This document shows, piece by piece, positions 54,970-64,000 of a stretch of 64,000 nucleotides of DNA (positions are counted from its first letter, which is position 1; every line of letters starts with the position of its first letter). The stretch is from Podarcis pityusensis. Its lineage: Eukaryota. Below the pieces are notes generated by a model. It was given only the letters and a program-made list of their open reading frames with translations. It had not been told where the DNA came from and ran no database searches. Position numbers and translations under genes: made by a program. The stretch lies in the NCBI GenBank assembly GCA_964106645.2, contig OZ067043.1; one strand, given 5' to 3'.

Positions 54970-57900
54970 GCTGCACACCGGATCAGTTTGGAAGTGGAGG
55001 AGAGCAGGAGAGGAGAGCAGCAGATCACCAGAGCAAATTATACCTCCCCTCCTCAAAGTTCTAACAGAGAACATCTGATAGAGAAATCAGGTTCTGGGGT
55101 TCAAACCCGTTAACCCTGAGCTGCAAAAGGGGAGATGTACAGCTCTCTAATCATGTCTAAAAGTGGGTGATGCTCCTCTGCTGTTCTCTAAGCTTCCTCC
55201 TGGAAGTGCCCTGAGAAACACTGCCAAGAAGGATGGAAGTCGATGAGTGCTTGCGCTGATACTGTTTGAGCTGCACTCTGAGCTGCCCAGCACTGCTGCT
55301 GTGCTGCAAATGTTACAACTAGTGCCAGGCACTGATACCCACCCCAGCTGGAATCTTTTTATTTGTAATGTTGCTGCTGATCTCACAAAACAACAACCCG
55401 TGATAAGGCTGATGGACAACTCTGGAAGGTCTTGTGGGTTGGTTCTAGTCCACGGGCCATTAGTTCATCACTCCTGCATTGCAAGCAGCAGTACCTCTGA
55501 CATACCACCTTGAACACATCTGAAAAAAGCTATTGTCTGCAGTCCATTATTCAGTATATTCAATTTCAGCTGGGCTGACATTGCTCCGTGTGTAATCGCC
55601 GGCATATTTTTGTGATATTATTTTCATAGCTTGATCCCAGAGTCTTAATTAATTTCCTTACATACCCCTAGGATATATTTTTAATGACTCTCTTCATTCT
55701 GGCTAGGGTAAAGGTTAGCTTGTAATTTAGTCACAGTAAACAGATGGGATTTGGGCTGCCTACAATGAAAAGTCTGTAGGAACACGTACAAGAAAGTTAG
55801 ACAAGCGCCACTTGTGTGAAAATCAAACAAGACGTTTTGCAAAGAGGGACGAAAGCGTCCTGCAAGGTAGAAACTTGTGAATGTGTTTTATAAACAAAAC
55901 AAAAACAAAACAAAACCTAAGTATCACATTGATACTTCTACTGCTAGTGGGCAACAGTTCCTCTGCCATTTCCTCAGATGAACAGTTTTTCAAGTGGATT
56001 ACAAGGCTGAGCAGTCAGTTTTTTGAGAGTTGGAGGGTGGTTGACTTGGTGGGCCTGCTGAGATTGGAATTGATTAATGGGTGTTGTGATAAGCAGGGAA
56101 ACAGATCAGTGGCGGCTTATCCTGCTTTCAGCTGTCACAGCTGTGCCTCTTCACTCTTCTTCTAACCCTATCATGCTCTCCGGCAGCCTTTAAAGTACCT
56201 CTTCCCCTCTGGATTCCCCCCACCCCCTCAAATCATTTAATCAGATGCCAAGATACCCCAGAAACAGCTGGTTCTTTGGAAATTTGCTGCAGGCTTACAT
56301 ATTTGGTATGGGTAAGAATATTGCTAGTGGCAATTCCTCCCTGCAGAAACAGAGTGAACAGAGGGTGATAGGACCCAGAGGATTAAGTTCTATTGGAGTG
56401 GTTTTGTGAAAGGCAGAGGTCCAGAAGACAGGTGTTGATCATCTCTATTGGATCCGATATATAGTATAATATATGCATATCACTGGGGAAAAAATGCTTA
56501 AGTGACTTGCAGCTGAACATGTGAACTGCCTACACTGAAAAAACGGGGAGAAATGTTGGGGATAGAAAATATAATGATTTTAAATGTAGCTAGATGTAAT
56601 GTGAAAGTAAGCGGTGTTCAATCTGTGAGGCAGCGTCATAAGGTGAGTGCCAAAGGACAATAGCAAAAGTTATGGTGCAAAGGGAGAATGGCTCAATTCA
56701 GCATGATGCTTAATTTTGTTTATAACTGTCCTACTGAGGTCGGTACAGCCACTTGTAAGAACACAGCACTCTTATGTTTCTACTCACTAAATACCCATTC
56801 TGTTGAGTTAGAAAGAACACAAATTCCTGCATTTCCTGCTACCTTTTGCTTTTGGGTGGGCATACTACTGTCCAGACATGACTACGCTGTATCCAACTAT
56901 TCAGAGCAGACCCAATGAAACTGATATGTTTAAATTAGTTGTGCTCATTGATTTCCATGGGGGTTGGTAGGGCTTAGTTGGACACAGTGTCTGGATTTCT
57001 TAATTACTTTCATTTAGCAACAATCACTTCTTTACCAGAGAAGACCAAAACAAAACAAACAACTTCAAAATGAGCCAGGAAGTCCTTCTCCACTGTCTTA
57101 ATCTAGAGAGGAAAAAGTAAGATGATACACACACCATGGAAGACCCAAAACTTCCTGGATTATTTTGAAGCTGTTTTTAGGTCTTCCCTTGAGCTTATAT
57201 GACTCTCCAATCCCAGCTCTAACTTCAACCATTGACTAAAACACTGAGAGATCATGCTTGCAAAGAAATTTGAACAGCACCTGTGCATTTGGCCTCATAC
57301 TTTTTGTTCTATATGTGCTAGAGACCTGGTATAGATGAATCTCTTGAACCCATCTGTAAGTGGCCCTGTATAGATGTAAGAAATAAGGCAATCCAAAGAA
57401 CTGCTTAGGCTTATACAACAGAATGTTTATGATTACTTTTTATTTTGAAATCTCGGACCTGCCTTTCCTACCCTAATGCCAAATTTCTTCAAGGAACAGG
57501 TGAGTTGTGAGCTTGTGAGGGATTTGGAAAGCTTGGTGGAAATTATAACTCCAAAGTATAAACATGAGTAATGAACCACCTCATTTCAGAGTCATTTGCT
57601 CTGAAACTCAGTCATATACGAGCATATGATGTATCGCAGTTCAATATTATGGTAAATATCAAAGAGCTTGTAAAATGCAAATTATGGTGAATTTGTATAA
57701 TTATACTGCATTAGTATTTATTTATTTTTAAACGATTTAAAGTAAGCATGAATCTTCATCACTGCCAGCATTTATCTTAATGGGTGCTTCTCTAAAAAGT
57801 CAGGTTGGAATCCAAAGAGCAAGCAACTAGTAAAGTTATCTTTGTCAAAAAGTGCCCCTCTCCCAAAAATACATAACAAACTGCTTTTGAAACTGATGGG

Positions 57901-58821
57901 ACTGGGGTCTTTCAAAAGCAGACTGTTCTATTGCATGGTGGGAGATGGAGCGGGTGATGATTTATTCAAAGGGAAGAAACTAAAAAAAGCTCATGAATCA
58001 GCCAAGCTTCTGGGCACAATAAATTGCTCTTTAGATTCCTGCCCATGAGTTATTCAAAGTTGAGGACATGATCCATTCATAGTTAACCCCTTTGATATTC
58101 CATTGATATCAGTGGGAAAGCTAGGCATATCCCTACATTTTTTCCTTCTAAATTAATGGAACTTGATTTCTAGAGCTTCGTTTTGTCCATGTCGCACCTT
58201 AAGATTTTAATCAAATGATACAAAGATCTCCCTCACACTCAACCTAATTCAGATTGCGTACAAGCTGATGCCCAGTCGTTCACCACATATTTTTGCTGCT
58301 GTATAAGGGGCAGTGTCAGAAAATATAAGTGAGTGTGTAAGTGTCTCTGTGTGTATGTATATATTTCAAGGAAGATTGCTTGTTGGCTTTTCCGTAGCGT
58401 ATGCTAACACTTATATATGACAAACCCTACTTTGGTTATTTGTAGCTCAGCACGACAGATTTGATGGAAAACTATTTCTGCATCAAACAAGCGAATAAAT
58501 CTTTGGCTTTAAAGAAATATAAAAAAGAACATTGCTCTACAAAACATATCTAAGAACCTTTGTATTTCAAAATCAAGCTATTTATTTATTCAACGATACT
58601 ACCATGTGTCAGCCATGTCTTGTAATGTCTTCTGTCATATAAAAGCAAACAAAGTCATATTACATTAATGACTTGTCTGAGATCATATGACTGACTGGCT
58701 ATAATTCCATGCCCCTTTGCTATTATAAACATGACCCTGAATCTTAAACAGCATTTGAATAAAAACACCTACACTTTGGACATGGTTAAGAAAGTTCATG
58801 AAATTATTTACAATTTTGTTG

Positions 58822-58824
<3 letters not shown>

Positions 58825-58857
<33 letters not shown>
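58825..58857. repeat. (GT)n microsatellite
   Basis: Direct inspection. Confidence 0.95.
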
Positions 58858-58859
<2 letters not shown>

Positions 58860-59097
58860 TGGAAAATTATCTCATGTTTCTTATGAATGTTGTTGAAACA
58901 GGATAGAAATATATTCTTTTCTTTAACTGATGTGCAGCACAATGGTACACATGTTTATGCTTGAATTTAGTATGCCTTACTTCCAAGTAACTGTGCCTAG
59001 GAGTGCAACCTTAGGGTCTGTGGGTTTTTAAAACAACACAAAATCCAACCAACTCCTTTTTACTAGATTCACAACTCCTAGAGTATTTTTGGTTTCT

Positions 59098-59157
59098 ATG
59101 GAAGCCGCCCAGAGTGGCTGGGGAAACCCAGCCAGATGGGCGGGGTACAAATAATAA

Positions 59158-59196
<39 letters not shown>
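59098..59196 (+). mobile_element. L2-type 3' terminus with (TTA)n tail
   Basis: gaagccgcccagagtggctgggg...gatgggcggggta, as in the 6235-6484 copy. Confidence 0.65.
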
Positions 59197-59198
<2 letters not shown>

Positions 59199-59353
59199 AA
59201 AGTACTATGAATGTACACACCCTATGAATAGTGGTTCCTCTTCCAAATAGTCTTCAATGTTCCGAAAAGAAAAATTGCCTCTCTCTGGTTTTTGGGGCCA
59301 AACTGCACAAACTCCTGTGTCACTTTCTTCTGCGGTGAGAAAAGCAACATTGC

Positions 59354-59697
59354 CACACCCTCCAACATTTCTCTGATGAAAATAGGGATGTCCCATTCCA
59401 CAATGGTAATTTTACTATTTATACCCCACACATCTTACTGGGTTGCCCCAGCCACTCTGGGCAGCTTCCAACATATATAAAAACATAACAAAACATTAAA
59501 CATTAAAAATTTCCCTATACAGGATTGCCTTCAGATGGTTCAGGGACTAGATAATTCCATACCCTCCAACATTTCTCCAGTAAAAATAGGGACATCCTAA
59601 GGAAAAGCGGGACATTCCAGGATCAAATAATCAGAAACTGGAACAGTTTTTCTAAATCAGGGACGTCCCTGGAAAATAGGGACACTTGGAGGGTCTG
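59354..59697. mobile_element. Composite TIR element carrying an antisense L2 tail
   Basis: Termini cacaccctccaa / ttggagggtctg; gggac subrepeats; left end duplicated at about 59558. Confidence 0.55.
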
Positions 59698-59781
59698 CAT
59701 TGTAAGGGGATAGAGTAGAGGTGATTTTGAGAGGGACTATAGCAAGTATGGGTCAGTTAAAAAACCACCCTTCCTCTACAC

Positions 59782-59917
59782 CAGGCATCCCCAACCTTCG
59801 GCCCTCCAGATGTTTTGGACTACAATTCCCATCATCCCTGACCACTGGTCCTGTTAGCTAGGGATCATGGGAATTGTAAGCCAAAACATCTGGAGGGTTG
59901 AAGGTTGGGGGTGCCTG
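59782..59917. mobile_element. hAT-type palindromic MITE
   Basis: TIRs caggcatccccaacctt / aaggttgggggtgcctg; 8-bp TSD ctctacac at 59774-59781 and 59918-59925. Confidence 0.85.
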
Positions 59918-62900
59918 CTCTACACTATAGTATCTCCAGTCTCCAATGGCTGCTTCCTATTAAGAAGGAAGTGGGGACTTGGGAGAAGATTGCTTGGAAT
60001 TCAGTGTAATGTGTAGTTCAGTCCTAAGACATTCAACAAGTGTTGTTTTTTTTTCGTAGCAAGCTTTCTCAGTCCCTCGCAAAGCTACATCTATACCGTA
60101 TCAACTTAAAGACATGGCCTATTTGAGGAGAACATAATAATGCCCGCATCCAGGTTAGCTAAAGTAATATTTTTGTTCAGAGTACCACAAGCTACCACAG
60201 CAAATATTGTGTTTGTTCAAGTGAATAATAGTTGTTGCAATTCCAGTATTTAGGTCCTTCGCTAGGAAAACTATTCTTTTATAAGTTCTCACTCATGGAG
60301 ATTTGTACTTCTTCCACTGTTCCACCCCCCACCACACCCGCTGTTACTGCCCCAAGAGAAAGCGTCCACTTTGGAATAATTTCCTTCAGTGCGAACAGCT
60401 TTTATTCTCTTCAACAAGTGTTTATAGGAAAGTGTTGATGCTTATTAATCTGTTTCTTGTCTTACAAGTGTGCTTGTGCATGATTTGTGGCAAAACTGGC
60501 ATTTCTGATAGCTCTCAATGTATTCTGCATGGTTCTACAAGACGGTTACATTGAACAGATGTGTTTTGGAATTGTTGTTCTTTGTAATTACCCTCATTAA
60601 GTGAAAGCGTGTGTCAATCAACTTTATACTTTATACACACCAATCACTTGCAAGAGATTTACATTTTCATTTTCATCTACGCATAATATGTGAAGCATAT
60701 CCAAAGAGTTGAAGTATTTTATTAAATTTAATAATTTGGCAAGCATCTACAAATACTGGCAAACAATGATAGTCTCTTGTGATCGGGTTAAAGTAATTCA
60801 GAGAGGCATTTTCTTTTAATATGGGTTGCAAATTTTTGCCTGCAAGTACAAAGAGTGTGGAGTGGCTCCTCTGGTTTGCTAAGAGTTGCTGGGAATTGTA
60901 ACTCTGTAAAGGGCAAACTACAGTGCCCTGAATTCTTTGAAGGAAAATATAGGGTTGAATTCAACTAACAAGTCCCACCAGTGCAACAGATCTCCTCTCC
61001 CTGCATGCCCCCAGCCCCCACTTAAAAGTGGCTCTGGGGGGCCAGGAGAGGGAACGTCATTCCATCTGGCAAGCTGAAAAGCTTTTCCTGAAGGAATGGT
61101 TGCCAAAGCACTACACTGAATTCTTCTTATGGTGTGTATGCTGCCTAGAACACACCATTGCTGAATAGGGAAAATGTACAGGGTTCCACACTGCAGCAAC
61201 ACCCAGAATATCCCTATAAAACCATACAACATACACACATATGCGATCTCTTTCTAAGCCAGATAGTCTGAATTATAGGTACGCTCTGGCATGAGGTATA
61301 CAGTTAAGAACATAGCAAGAATATGCAGCTTCATAATGAATGTGATGTATTGGATGTAGTGGTGTATTGGAGGGAAATCACAGCGAGCGCAGCTGCAGGA
61401 CATTTTTTCAAGGTAGGGGCGATGACATCATCTGCCTGAGCTTTGTGCTCTGGCAAGTGAATGAGGTGATAATGAGGCTTCAAGTTTGTGAAAGAAAGGC
61501 ATAGATAGAAGAAGTCAGAGAACAAGGAAAATAAGCAGAGGCTAGGTATGTCTTTCCTTTTCTTTGTTGGGGTCCCCACTTCACACTAGCAGTTTCAATA
61601 CTAAAATTTATTTACAATATGGTTTGCATTTCTAATTAAAAGCTAAAGGTCGCATTTTAGCTGGCTAAGCTCTTTTATTAAGGCTCAGTGTATTTTACAA
61701 GTTGAACCTACATAGTCAGAAGAAAGCTCCGAGTAAATTATGCAGAGGATTGTAACCATGTCAAACTCAACATGTACCACTGGGATGTGTGTGTATGTGG
61801 ATGGACAATAAAAGGTGCCTGCATTTTTGCACTCTACTTGGGGGCATGGCTCATCATGACAGTTCCAATACTTCAAAATCCGTCACTCCACCACTAGCGA
61901 GGGATGTTCTGGGTCAGCATTAGTTACAATCACCCTAAAATATACACAACCTGGACTTCAGGTTACTCATCTGAATATGCATAGTGAACATAAAGGTAGA
62001 TGAAGCACTAAAGGCAGGTGTCTATACACTTTTGCAGCTCATCTCAATGTATGGTGCAGATGGGGTGGGTTTGGGTTAAACACACCGAATGTGAGTGCAT
62101 TTGAACCTTAAATAAAGTTCAGAGAGTACACTCAATGATGAAACAGCTATGATGCAGCAGATTCATGATATAACCCTTTAAACTTCAAAGCAGCTCCTAC
62201 CAGCCCTGATTTTGATCAGAACAATAGTGGTGGGGGAAGGTTTAATCCTCCTCGAAGCACATTTTCCTGATCTAAATTGCTCCCCAAAGCTGCTATTAGC
62301 TAGGTAGTGAATAAAAAAATACAAGTATTTGTATTGGGCCTTTATTTTATTCCCCTTGTGGGACTAGTAACAGCTCATTGGTAAGGAAAAGATTGAGGAG
62401 GCAAAGGGTTAACCATTAAACACTCTGTGCCCCAGTGCTGCTGCTCAGATCAAAATTGGAGCCTCCTGCAGTGATTTAAAGGCTTTTTAATCTTTTTAAG
62501 ATCACGGATCTTCAATGTCACATATGTTTAGATTTTTCAGTGAAGCAACACATTGCAATGGTTTCTCTTAACCATAAACCTCTTTTAAATGGTTTTGCAC
62601 TGTCACTTTAATTATGTCTGGCATTGGGAATAAATATGTTATGCACAAATATATGTTGTGGATCTCTGACACCATTTTGTAAAAAACGAAAGAAATGCAG
62701 CATGATTAACCCATTCCCTGAGCTCTGCTCCAGTTGCCTTCCTTCCCCACCAAAAATAATCTGTGGAGTTCAAATAAGAGAGAGAGAGACAAATAATTGG
62801 AGGTAGTATTCAATTTATTAGAATTAGGTTTATCTATGAAGTTCATGTAATACTAAAACTAGGATGGCTCCTAAGATAAAGCTGAATGTACTGATAAAAT

Positions 62901-64000
62901 TTTTTTAAAAGGCCAATTCAAAAAAGGCCAATTCAGGGTCAAAACCAAACACGATATGGGGACTCTGAGTTTGGTCAAAACAGTTGGCACTGAGGAAGAG
63001 TATTTAAATTCCCCTCTATTTTTCAAATCTAAATTGTTTCTGAAGCCGATAAGGTCCACAGAGGGTTGTGTCCAGTGGTGACCATGTGTAAGTAGAACAG
63101 ACTTCCATGAGTGGAATGGGATCTTCCCTTCCTCTCCCTCTTCCTTCCTGCAGCTCACCAGGTGCTCCCAAAATTTGTTCTACAGGGTTGAGCAACACCC
63201 TAGAACAGAGCTTTCCAAACTGTGTGCCTTGACACGTGTTGGCTGCAGTGTGTAGGTGTGTCACACAAACACTCAACTGTGCTCCTCTTGGAGCTGGAAA
63301 TGGGTTAGTTTAACTTCTGGTTTGCTAATAAAACTGAATTACTGTGTCGTGAAATGATGCATGTCTAAAATTTTGTCACCAACATGTATGGGGGTGGGAT
63401 TGGGGGCACTGCAGGACAGAATAAAAAGCCCTGTTGCTTGAGTGGAAGTCTGCTAGTGTAACTTTGGATTCCACCCCAAATTTGTATTGTGGTTGTTTTG
63501 TCCCATACCTCTGCACCTTGGGGAAAACATTAAGTTTCAGAAACTGGCATAGCAGTAACTTCCCTCCACTCTGTAAGGTTATTTTTTAAAGTATTAAGAA
63601 AAAATGTTGGGCCATGCTATGTCTGTTTTATTCTGTATTTTCCCATTGGACAAGTACTCTTAATTTTGTGGCCATAGCACAGCATGTTTTTAAATAAACT
63701 TGAGTGTATTTCAAGCCATGTTATGTTTTATAAAGTAAAGGGTAAAACGAAAAGATTTCAGGCTTGAAGATGCTACACAAATTACACATAATATTACACA
63801 GAATAATACAAAAAATGATATATACCGGTGCATATTCGGTGGGAAAATAATTGTAAGTGCAGAAAAGAAGAGGCTGGCATTGCAATGGAAATGTAAAACT
63901 GAACAGTGTCTGTCATGTGCGGGAAAATAGACGAACCAAAAAGCCAAGCCAATGGGTCCACAAAAATTGTTTACAGTATTGTCAAGCAATTCCCAATATT

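Noticed and set aside
44200-64000. Additional protein-coding gene such as ZNF281 downstream of KIF14
   Set aside because: No C2H2 zinc-finger pattern, long ORF, CpG island or phase-consistent exon chain was found on either strand.

Overview
Vertebrate genomic DNA from a squamate reptile, most likely a lacertid lizard; this is inferred from five Sauria SINE copies plus CR1, L2, L1, Tc1/mariner and hAT MITE repeats. Two spliced genes lie in tandem on the + strand. The first is the last four coding exons of the DEAD-box helicase DDX59 (635-5144). The second is the complete kinesin-3 gene KIF14: a CpG-island promoter at about 10.3-10.95 kb, a probable non-coding exon 1 ending at 10652, and 29 coding exons from 12562 to 42387. 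I spliced the KIF14 exons by hand at GT-AG junctions into an uninterrupted 4941-nt frame (1646 aa, or 1647 with the upstream NAGNAG acceptor). The region from about 44.1 to 64 kb is non-coding and holds transposon relics and candidate regulatory elements. Most ORFs in the supplied track are spurious. I found no novel protein-coding system. The best leads are regulatory or structural: a CCAAT/CDE/CHR promoter, an overlapping uORF with a possible bypass acceptor, a frameshifting competitor donor, a divergent CTCF pair, a 47-bp inverted duplication and a templated SINE junction.
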